Source of the DNA: a virus
Lineage: Duplodnaviria > Caudoviricetes
Reading direction: 5' to 3' (one strand)
IMG/VR virus record: IMGVR_UViG_3300029305_003514
Location: 1 to 64,000 of that record
DNA length: 64,000 nucleotides
The translations under genes and the position numbers were made by a program. This document shows positions 41,265-49,073 of this stretch, piece by piece. Position 1 is the first letter of the stretch. The number at the start of each line of letters is the position of its first letter. A model generated the notes under the pieces. That model was not told the DNA's origin. It ran no database searches and was given only the letters and a program-made list of their open reading frames with translations.

Positions 41265-42731
41265 TTATTCTCCTTCTATACTTTCTGCTTCTTCTATATC
41301 AGGAGCTTCGGCTTCAACTTTAACGATACCCTCTAGAGCTTTGAAAGACCAGTTCTTATGTTTATAAGCACAGAACTTAGGACGATTCAGAATACGCACT
41401 ACTACACCTTCGCGCACATGAGTTTTACCAATTGGATCGGGGCCATCATAGAACTGCTCGGCCATAGCCTTAACAAAGTTACCTGCATCATAGTAACACT
41501 TAAAATCTGCCTGCATGGTATCATATTCATCAAGATACTTGGTGAAGACACAATAATCATCAGGAATAGTACCCTTCCACATTACAGGAACAGTTTTTAC
41601 ACCCATTTGCTCACAACGATAACGCATAAAGTCAGGAGTGTATTCAACCACATCGCCATCTTCATTAGTCATAGTCATACGATAAACATAGATTTCAGAC
41701 TGAGGAGCGGGTTCATACATTTTTGCCTCGTTTACGGTTGAAGTAATGTCTCCGATACACATAGTCCCACTAATCATCTGGAAAGGAGACTCCTTCTTTC
41801 CATCTGGATAACATCCATAACTGAAAGTAGTAGTCTTACCATACTGCTTAACAAATTCCTTATCATTCAGCTTCTTATTGTCAGCAGTAGACATAATAGG
41901 AGTGCCAGTATGAGTGAAACCTACAACTTCGTAGAAAATCTCTTCGCCCTTCCAAAGCTTGCCCTCAAAGAACTTAGAATGCTGCTCACGGAACTCGTTG
42001 GAGCCATAATATCCACCATCATAATCCTCAAGAACAACACGGCGAGTACCAGACACATAACCCCAATCGTAAATAGGAGTGCCCTCACGCTTACAAATCT
42101 TGTCCCATAGAGTGCGCTTATAGCCCTTAAATACGGGCAGATAAGCAGTTCTTTGACTGGTGCCATGCATCTTTAGAGTAATCTCAATTTCATCACCAGG
42201 CTTAAATGCGGCCAGATTGTATGCAAGCTGCTCAGTATCAGCATGTTCGGTAAAAAGAGGAGCTATATTTATTTTCTTTTTGCGGGTTTTATTTCCACCA
42301 TCGCTAGTATGACTCCGGGGATTACGGCGAGGAATATATTTATTACAGATTGCATGACCATTGAAAACATCAATTCTATCTCCTTCCTTAAGAGTGGTAA
42401 TATCACCAAAAGATTCAAGAGACTTTAGAGGAAGAAACAAGCCATCAGACTTTTCGCCACGAAGCTTAATAGCAGTAATATTGCGCTTAGATTCATCCAT
42501 GTAACCGCCAATATTATTGCCTGCATCATCTTTCTTACGAAGCAGATTATTAGCCTCTGCAAACTCAACACTTACCTGTCCGTCAGAAGGGAAATAAATA
42601 CCAAGCTGATTATCAGTATAATCCATAGAAACAATTACAGTATTTCCAAAACATTCACCCATCTGCAGACGATCAGCATTAGGATGAGGTCTCAAATTCT
42701 TAATCCTAGTAATAAATGCTGTATAAGCCAT
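41265..42731 (-). CDS. ATP-dependent RNA ligase with N-terminal OB/tRNA-binding-like domain
   Basis: HPNADRL N-terminus, LKMHGT (motif I), YEVVG, REGVV and YKHK. Confidence 0.85.
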   Translation of the reverse strand: MAYTAFITRIKNLRPHPNADRLQMGECFGNTVIVSMDYTDNQLGIYFPSDGQVSVEFAEANNLLRKKDDAGNNIGGYMDESKRNITAIKLRGEKSDGLFLPLKSLESFGDITTLKEGDRIDVFNGHAICNKYIPRRNPRSHTSDGGNKTRKKKINIAPLFTEHADTEQLAYNLAAFKPGDEIEITLKMHGTSQRTAYLPVFKGYKRTLWDKICKREGTPIYDWGYVSGTRRVVLEDYDGGYYGSNEFREQHSKFFEGKLWKGEEIFYEVVGFTHTGTPIMSTADNKKLNDKEFVKQYGKTTTFSYGCYPDGKKESPFQMISGTMCIGDITSTVNEAKMYEPAPQSEIYVYRMTMTNEDGDVVEYTPDFMRYRCEQMGVKTVPVMWKGTIPDDYCVFTKYLDEYDTMQADFKCYYDAGNFVKAMAEQFYDGPDPIGKTHVREGVVVRILNRPKFCAYKHKNWSFKALEGIVKVEAEAPDIEEAESIEGE

Positions 42732-42733
42732 TT

Positions 42734-43093
42734 TTACTCTCCTTCTTTATTATTAATTTCTTTATTTATAATTTCTGCTTCATGGCTAATTGCACTTTCA
42801 AGATTATCATGTGTATAAATGGTACCATCAGAGCACATCCATTCAGCCGAAATCAACTTTAAACGAGATTTAATTTTGTTTTTCTGTGTCTTAGAAATAG
42901 AATTATTATCAACATAAAATTCAGGCGGAACTAATAATGACATTCTAACAGTTTGCCATCCATTACCTTGCTGTTTAACAGCAAGACTAGGAACATAAAT
43001 AATTGCAGTAGGATAATTCCCATCGCTGTGAATACTGTAAACACGAACGATTTCGCCAGTCTTACGCATTCTCATTTCAATATAATCTTTCAT
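42734..43093 (-). CDS. Hypothetical protein
   Basis: First gene after a motif-bearing promoter. Confidence 0.55.
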   Translation of the reverse strand: MKDYIEMRMRKTGEIVRVYSIHSDGNYPTAIIYVPSLAVKQQGNGWQTVRMSLLVPPEFYVDNNSISKTQKNKIKSRLKLISAEWMCSDGTIYTHDNLESAISHEAEIINKEINNKEGE

Positions 43094-43194
43094 TATCTGT
43101 TCCTCCATTAATTTTGTACTGTAAATATATCATATATTTTACTTAAAATCAATATGGCAAAGTAGCCAAGATTTTCCTTGGCTACTTGTCTATA

Positions 43195-43770
43195 TTACAC
43201 AGAAACTTTTTTATAACCATTTGCAAGTAACAAAATTTCATCTAATGTTCTTGGTGTATAACCCATATAAGACTTCATCGCTCCGCAGTTATACATTTCA
43301 CACTCTTTAGTATATAATTCTTTCATCAAATACTTAGTGTGTTCCATCATATTAGCTTCAAATGAATTATGTACATGCCCGTATAGATGAATCCAGCTAT
43401 AAAAATGATTTTTAAAACAAGGAATAGGATAATGACACAAAACTACTTTTCTACCTTCATCATTAACTTCGAGATAATCTGTTATTTTAGCAAACTTCTT
43501 AACAAACTTACTATCATTACATCTATCATGATTACCCTTTATTAATATCTTCTGACCATTCAATGAATTAAGCACAGAAAGTGCTTCATCCATCTTACAC
43601 CAAAACATATCTCCAAGGATATAAACAATATCACCCTTATCAACCGTTTTATTCCAACGCCTAATAAGTTCTTTATTCATTTCCTCAACATCTTTAAAAG
43701 GTCTATTATCAAATGCAATACAGTTGGCATGACCATAATGCCAATCTGCAATATAAAATTGTTTAGACAT
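43195..43770 (-). CDS. Calcineurin-like metallophosphoesterase
   Basis: ADWHYGH, LGD, GNHD, HYP and GHVH. Confidence 0.9.
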   Translation of the reverse strand: MSKQFYIADWHYGHANCIAFDNRPFKDVEEMNKELIRRWNKTVDKGDIVYILGDMFWCKMDEALSVLNSLNGQKILIKGNHDRCNDSKFVKKFAKITDYLEVNDEGRKVVLCHYPIPCFKNHFYSWIHLYGHVHNSFEANMMEHTKYLMKELYTKECEMYNCGAMKSYMGYTPRTLDEILLLANGYKKVSV

Positions 43771-43773
43771 GTG

Positions 43774-44157
43774 TTATCCCTCACATAACATAAACAACTT
43801 ACTCAGCGCTATTCCATTAGCTTTAGCAAGTCCTACTGCACGATCACATATATCATAATTATCCTTTGCTCCAAGACTAGAAATATAATCAGTCAACTTT
43901 TCATAAGAGCCTTCTTTTGACTGCCATCCAAAAAGAGTGTTATTATTTATAACAACAACATCATAAATAGATCCACCTGCTCCATTAGAAAAATAACACC
44001 AAGCGCCTTCTACAGAAGAATTATTAATCAGCTTCGCATCAGATTTTTCTAACTCGACTACCTTATATTTATCTCCTGAATATGTAATATTATATTTAAT
44101 ATCCATATCATTAAGAGCATTTTCAATCTTGCCGCGTGCTAAAACTTCTACTTTCAT
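43774..44157 (-). CDS. Hypothetical protein
   Basis: Coupled ORF. Confidence 0.5.
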   Translation of the reverse strand: MKVEVLARGKIENALNDMDIKYNITYSGDKYKVVELEKSDAKLINNSSVEGAWCYFSNGAGGSIYDVVVINNNTLFGWQSKEGSYEKLTDYISSLGAKDNYDICDRAVGLAKANGIALSKLFMLCEG

Positions 44158-44936
44158 AGTTCATCGTCCTCTTCAATCTTCTTCTTTAGCATTACAATTG
44201 CGTCCTTGACATCCTTACGTGAAATATTTTCATTAACCCATGAGATATAATCAGGGTCTGACTTATGCACATCAATTAATTTTTGACCTCTATATTTGCC
44301 AAAAGACAAAGTATATGTATCTAAATCAATAACCTGAGGTTCCTGATGTTTTGGAGCTTCATAAACCTCAAATGCCATGGTTAGATCTTTACGAGAAGCA
44401 AGATAGTCAGCCAAATGTACAAATTCTTGATACTTATCAGAAGGTTTCTGCAATTCAACTTTGGTTTTTTTATCTACATTCCACTGTCCCATGTGAGACT
44501 CAATACAATGAGCAATAAATTCCTTTTCTTCATTATTAAGCCCATTAGTTTCACGCACTATATTTGCCATGCGAATAGGGTGATCAAATCTTGTGTACTT
44601 AGATTTTACATAATCATCCTGCTCACCGCTCTTTCTGCCGTCATGAACAAGTCCTGCTACACGCATTAGATCCATTTCTCTGTCAGTAAAACCCTTATTA
44701 TACTGCTCTAATTCAAAAAAGAAATTCAAGAATCTTACTACGGCTACCTGATGGCGCATTAATCCACCATGTCCAAGAGAATATTCGGGATGATATTTGC
44801 CAGTTGAACTAGCGCCGACTTCCCAAATATACTGCGGCAGATTGTCTACAAGTGCAGTTGCAAATTCTCTAATATCTTTATTAACAATTGTATTTAAAAC
44901 TGGTTCAACTAATTTCATCTGTTCGTTAGTCATCAT
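44154..44936 (-). CDS. HD-domain phosphohydrolase with C-terminal FGKY domain
   Basis: ASSTGKYHP, GGLMRH, HDGRK, SHMGQW and HLADY; C-terminal LSFGKYRG...DPDYISW. Confidence 0.85.
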   Translation of the reverse strand: MMTNEQMKLVEPVLNTIVNKDIREFATALVDNLPQYIWEVGASSTGKYHPEYSLGHGGLMRHQVAVVRFLNFFFELEQYNKGFTDREMDLMRVAGLVHDGRKSGEQDDYVKSKYTRFDHPIRMANIVRETNGLNNEEKEFIAHCIESHMGQWNVDKKTKVELQKPSDKYQEFVHLADYLASRKDLTMAFEVYEAPKHQEPQVIDLDTYTLSFGKYRGQKLIDVHKSDPDYISWVNENISRKDVKDAIVMLKKKIEEDDEL

Positions 44937-45102
44937 ATTCCTCCTCAATATCAAGCACAATTTTGTCAATGTGGCCGCAACATTCACACTCTTCTTTCCA
45001 ACTAGACATAATCATTTTTTCAATGTTCTTCTTGGAAAGTTTGTGTTTCTTTAGATAACACTTCTTGCATAGAACAGCTTCTTCGTACATAATTTCTTCT
45101 CC

Positions 45103-45510
45103 TTAATTCCATATTTCTTTTGCGAATCCGCCATATGTAGTATAATAAATCTTTCTGATTCCCAAAGATTTTATTAACGCTTCACAGCTCTGACAAGGTT
45201 TTGCCATTGCTTTATCACCATTTTTAAATTCACGATATATATAAATGCTGCAGTTTTTCCAATCTATATCTTTTTTATTCATAATATGCGTCAATGCACT
45301 AATTTCAGCATGTAAGCTATGCGGAGTATCTTCAGAAAATCTTTTTATATTCATTCTCTTTTGTATAGGATGACTTTTGGTTGTATTAAATCCACTAGAT
45401 ATAATATGGCGACCATTTGTTACAACACAACCTACATGAACTCTATCATAATCAGACATATATGATACTGCTTTTGCAGCATTAAAAAATGCTATATCTC
45501 TTTTATTCAT
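45103..45510 (-). CDS. Zinc-dependent cytidine/dCMP deaminase family protein
   Basis: HAE and PCQSC motifs; VGCVV..IISSGFN. Confidence 0.85.
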   Translation of the reverse strand: MNKRDIAFFNAAKAVSYMSDYDRVHVGCVVTNGRHIISSGFNTTKSHPIQKRMNIKRFSEDTPHSLHAEISALTHIMNKKDIDWKNCSIYIYREFKNGDKAMAKPCQSCEALIKSLGIRKIYYTTYGGFAKEIWN

Positions 45511-46621
45511 GTGTTTCTCCAGTTTGTCTAAGCATTAAGATAATACCTTTTAATATTTGAACTATATATTCAATATCATCTTGAGTTAATGAATCACTAA
45601 CAGTAATACGAATTGTATTTAATGCCTGCTCGTTTGTTAATCCTATGGCTATCAATGTTGAGCTTGGGATGGATTCTCCGCTACTACATGCTGACCCTGC
45701 AGATATATATATGCCATATAGGCTTGCCATTGTTACAAAGTCTGATGCTTTTATACCATCTATAGTAAGTGAAATATTATTGTATAAACGATTAGAATTT
45801 AATTCTGGCCCATTTAAATATACATCAGGGATTTCCAATAGCTTAATGGCTAGCTCATCACGAATTAGTCTTGTATTGGCATTTTTCTCTTCTTGAAATT
45901 TGCGGGCTAATTCTAATGCTTTTCCCATTCCTGCAATAGCCGCAACATTATATGTGCCGCCTCTACGATAATTTTCTTGAGATCCACCAATCAAAGGATT
46001 GAGATTAATCCCATTTCGGCAATACAGAAATCCAATACCTTTAGGGCCATTAAACTTTTGCGCTGATACAGACATCATATCAATACCAAGTTCTTTTACA
46101 TTAATACGTTGCTCTGGATAAAGCTGTGTCGCATCAACATGAAAGATATTATTATAGCGATGTATGAATTTAGAAATTGATTCAAGGTCTTGAATAACTC
46201 CGATCTCACTATTTGCCGCATGGACTGAAACCAGCCAATTATGTGCGCCAAGATCGACCAAAGTACTATTATCTAAAATAATATTACCTTTAACATCATT
46301 ATTAAAATAAAGCGGATCTTGACAAATAGTTTCAATAGATTTATGCTCTAACCTTGTTGTACATATCTTTTTAGCTGCTGTAAAAGCAAGACTATTTGCT
46401 TCACATGCACCACTTGTAAAAATAATTTCTTCCGGAAGACATCCAATATCTGCGGCAATTTGATCCCTTACTCTCTCAACAATTTCTTTAGCATCTGAAC
46501 CTAATTGATGTTGAGAAGATGGGTTGCCATAATGATTTAACATCGTATCATAAACTACATCTGCAACTTCTTTATACGGTCGAGTCGTTGATGCATTATC
46601 TAAAAAATACCCTTTCATCAT
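45503..46621 (-). CDS. iscS: Cysteine desulfurase (IscS/NifS family)
   Basis: LDNASTT, GNPSS, FTSGACEAN, HVDATQ, SAQKFNGPKG and SAGSACSS. Confidence 0.92.
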   Translation of the reverse strand: MMKGYFLDNASTTRPYKEVADVVYDTMLNHYGNPSSQHQLGSDAKEIVERVRDQIAADIGCLPEEIIFTSGACEANSLAFTAAKKICTTRLEHKSIETICQDPLYFNNDVKGNIILDNSTLVDLGAHNWLVSVHAANSEIGVIQDLESISKFIHRYNNIFHVDATQLYPEQRINVKELGIDMMSVSAQKFNGPKGIGFLYCRNGINLNPLIGGSQENYRRGGTYNVAAIAGMGKALELARKFQEEKNANTRLIRDELAIKLLEIPDVYLNGPELNSNRLYNNISLTIDGIKASDFVTMASLYGIYISAGSACSSGESIPSSTLIAIGLTNEQALNTIRITVSDSLTQDDIEYIVQILKGIILMLRQTGETHE

Positions 46622-46687
46622 GTCACCTTTCTTTAATTTTGTATTGTAATTATATCATACATTACTTAATTTGTCAATAGTATAAAA

Positions 46688-46713
46688 AGAAAAGGGCGTA
46701 TAAAAACGCCCTT
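46688..46713 (-). terminator. Terminator ending the tRNA cluster transcript
   Basis: aagggcgt...acgccctt, with a minus-strand T tract. Confidence 0.65.
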
Positions 46714-46903
46714 AGATGTGAAATTATATGGATATATAGAAGGGGTTGGTATCTTTTAATTTAACTGAGAGATACCGAACTCAGTTCAACAAAGCGGGAG
46801 GACTATCCTCCATACTGTATTCTGCTGATCTTTTCATTGGCATATACCTCCTTGTTGAATTAACTCTTAGGTCAGTTAGCCACACATATTACATTTGTTC
46901 ACA

Positions 46904-46978
46904 TGGAGCTGGTAACAGGACTCGAACCTGCAACCCAGTGATTACAAATCACTTACGCTACCATTGCGCCATACCAGC
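46904..46978 (-). tRNA. tRNA-Thr(UGU)
   Basis: Cloverleaf; anticodon arm AGTGA-TTTGTAA-TCACT; encoded CCA. Confidence 0.93.
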
Positions 46979-47009
46979 AAATATGTCACCTTAGTGACAA
47001 GTTTAAACT

Positions 47010-47168
47010 TTATCTTTGATTCCTTAGTATATATCTAAGATATTCAAATGCCGCAGTTAGTTCTGCATTAGCATAATCCAACATATCTTCAGAGCAATTA
47101 TTAAAAAGAAATTCGGCATATTCAAGCCTATCTTTTGCATATCTTAATTCATCTTTTTCATTAAACAT
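47010..47168 (-). CDS. YaaL/DUF2508-like small protein (52 aa, not in ORF track)
   Basis: MFNEKDELRYAKDRLEYAEFLFNNCSEDMLDYANAELTAAFEYLRYILRNQR; SD AGGAG. Confidence 0.55.
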   Translation of the reverse strand: MFNEKDELRYAKDRLEYAEFLFNNCSEDMLDYANAELTAAFEYLRYILRNQR

Positions 47169-47304
47169 TGTAATTCTCCTAATTGAATAATTAAGCTGGC
47201 TACTGCACCTTGTACTTCGGCATCAACACCAGTAATCGGTAACGATGCAGGCACCGTCTCCTTTAAGGCTAATCCTTTCAAGCAATATTTAAGTCTCACT
47301 TACT

Positions 47305-47399
47305 TGGCGGAGCAGATTGGACTTGAACCAACACGACAAGCAGAGCTCATCTACTGGCTGTTTAGCAAACAGCTGCCTTACCATTAGGCTTACTGCTCC
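47305..47399 (-). tRNA. tRNA-Ser(GCU)
   Basis: Anticodon arm GCTGT-TTGCTAA-ACAGC, long variable arm, G73 and CCA. Confidence 0.92.
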
Positions 47400-47533
47400 T
47401 CATCTTTATGTTTCTTCTTGCGCGAATATTTAAATCCTTTACCCTTTTTGGGAGTTATTTGTGTTCCTCGTCTCTTAAACTGAAGATATTCTCTTAATTC
47501 CTCAGGGGTTTTCTTAAAAATACTTTTATCCAT
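47390..47533 (-). CDS. ArfA-like basic micro-protein (47 aa, not in ORF track); stop codon inside tRNA-Ser
   Basis: MDKSIFKKTPEELREYLQFKRRGTQITPKKGKGFKYSRKKKHKDEEQ with SD AAGGGAG. The KKGKG..Y.RK.KH motif resembles ArfA. Confidence 0.65.
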   Translation of the reverse strand: MDKSIFKKTPEELREYLQFKRRGTQITPKKGKGFKYSRKKKHKDEEQ

Positions 47534-47555
47534 AATTAAACTCCCTTCTTTTAAT

Positions 47556-47629
47556 TGGTGGAAAATGTCGGAATCGAACCGCTACCCATGCTCCCAAGGC
47601 AAGTGTGTTACCATTACACTACATTCTCC
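47556..47629 (-). tRNA. tRNA-Pro(UGG), atypical acceptor/T stems
   Basis: Anticodon loop CTTGGGA, TTCGATT T-loop and CCA; folds best with an 8-bp acceptor stem and 4-bp T stem. Confidence 0.8.
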
Positions 47630-47735
47630 ATATACCTTTTAAACTGGCTCATGCAAGAGCGTCCTCTCGTTCTAACCAGTTATAAGGTGAACACAATTCA
47701 TAGTGTTCCTCTGCATGATTTAATAGAACCTTACT

Positions 47736-47811
47736 TGGGGGCGGTGGCTGGATTCGAACCAGCGATTCCTAGCTTATGGGGCTAGTGAGATGACCACTTC
47801 TCTACACCGCT
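47736..47811 (-). tRNA. tRNA-Met(CAU), initiator-like
   Basis: CTAGC-CCCATAA-GCTAG, 1x72 mismatch, A11:U24 and CCA. Confidence 0.88.
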
Positions 47812-47926
47812 ATATTACGCCTAGCGTCCGCAGAACCTCGTTGCGCACCGATAGGTTTTTAACAGAGATAGCAGTAAAAGTAATGAGCTGAACCGCACAA
47901 ACGTTAACATAACCAACTAGGCTGAC

Positions 47927-48002
47927 TGGTTGGGCTGGCGGGATTCGAACCTGCGGAATGACGGAGTCAAAGTCCGTTGCCTTACCACTTGGCTACAGCC
48001 CA
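47927..48002 (-). tRNA. tRNA-Gln(UUG)
   Basis: ACGGA-CTTTGAC-TCCGT, U1:A72 and CCA. Confidence 0.93.
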
Positions 48003-48221
48003 ATATTAATATGGTCTGTCCCACTGTCAAGCGTCTTTCCGCTTTGTCATTTGGTATCTTTATAAAGCGAGGCCGCACATGACCTCAAAATAAATCGTCC
48101 GACGCATCTATTCTCAGCATTGTTAATTCTTAATCGTTATCGGAACCAAATAGCTACTTAAGGTTACGGCTTCTACCTTCGATGTACATATTATTTATTT
48201 TTTGTGCTACTCTATAAAGAT

Positions 48222-48297
48222 TGGTGTTCCCTGCGGGATTCGAACCCACGACCCTTTGATTAAAAGTCAAATGCTCTACCGACTGAGCTAAGAGAAC
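48222..48297 (-). tRNA. tRNA-Lys(UUU)
   Basis: TTTGA-CTTTTAA-TCAAA and CCA. Confidence 0.95.
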
Positions 48298-48300
48298 ATA

Positions 48301-48377
48301 TGGTACCGGTGGCAGGACTCGAACCTGTAAAAACTAGTTCCTAAGACTAGCGCCTATGCCAATTCGGCTACACCGGC
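48301..48377 (-). tRNA. tRNA-Leu(UAG) lacking the long variable arm
   Basis: CTAGT-CTTAGGA-ACTAG; variable region is only TTTTT; A73 and CCA. Confidence 0.88.
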
Positions 48378-48448
48378 ATGTAAAGAGCAACTCGGATTTG
48401 AAGATTCCACTTTTATCTCTCCGATATAACTACATTGCTCTATGTGGA

Positions 48449-48524
48449 TGGCTCCTCGTACTGGGCTCGAACCAGTGACCCTGCGGTTAACAGCCGCATG
48501 CTCTACCTACTGAGCTAACGAGGA
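48449..48524 (-). tRNA. tRNA-Asn(GUU)
   Basis: TGCGG-CTGTTAA-CCGCA, G73 and CCA. Confidence 0.95.
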
Positions 48525-48533
48525 ATATGTAAT

Positions 48534-48872
48534 TGATAGAATTGATATCCTACACTCTAACCTAGCCCTAAGGCTGCTAGAACCTCTCCAATAATTTTGT
48601 ATTGCTTTCCACGCCTCGGAATATCAATTGAAGTCTATCGTTGTACAATTACTAGGTACTTCTTCCTAGGTCAAATCTCTACTTAATCCCGCCTATTCTG
48701 GGTATCGATATGACTTGACTGCTTATGCCATTAAGCATCGAAAGATTTTAATAAACCATCTTCCACACTCAGGTAAACTTATTATTCTTTCGTATAGGCT
48801 AATACCTGGCTCTCATAGGCTTGATTTGCATTTTCTTAAATAGAGTGCTAATCCCTATTCCCATCTCTATCA
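48534..48872 (-). ncRNA. Putative structured ncRNA (about 340 nt) in the tRNA cluster
   Basis: Ends pair (tgataga/tctatca), long-range cactcta/tagagtg and aattgatat/atatcaatt pairings, and no ORF in the track. Confidence 0.5.
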
Positions 48873-48919
48873 TTATAGTTAATGAACCAGCCAAGATATA
48901 TCATTTCACTTGGACTTCT

Positions 48920-49006
48920 TGGTGGCCCAGACCGGACTCGAACCGGTACGCTGTTGTCAGCAAGGGATTTTAAGTCCCTGGTGTCTGCCAATTCCACCAC
49001 TGGGCC
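48920..49006 (-). tRNA. tRNA-Leu(UAA)
   Basis: AGGGA-CTTAAAA-TCCCT, long variable arm and CCA. Confidence 0.95.
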
Positions 49007-49073
49007 ATAACTTTAATTTTGTATCGTAATTATATCATATATTTTTCAATTTGTCAATAGATTTTATAAAGTT

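Noticed and set aside
46746-47785. Plus-strand ORFs 46746..46994 and 47555..47785
   Set aside because: They are antisense shadows of tRNA genes.
48384-48441. Possible additional tRNA (AGAGCAA/TTGCTCT stem with TTCAAAT)
   Set aside because: It is only about 58 nt, with no D or anticodon arm and no CCA. At most it is a hairpin or tRNA remnant.
48560-48590. preQ1-I riboswitch-like AGAGGTTCTAGC (minus strand)
   Set aside because: The matching P1 3' strand and A-rich tail are absent, and no queuosine gene lies downstream.
48010-48872. tmRNA or RNase P RNA
   Set aside because: Neither the tRNA-Ala-like tmRNA ends nor the GAGGAAAGUCC RNase P signature were found.
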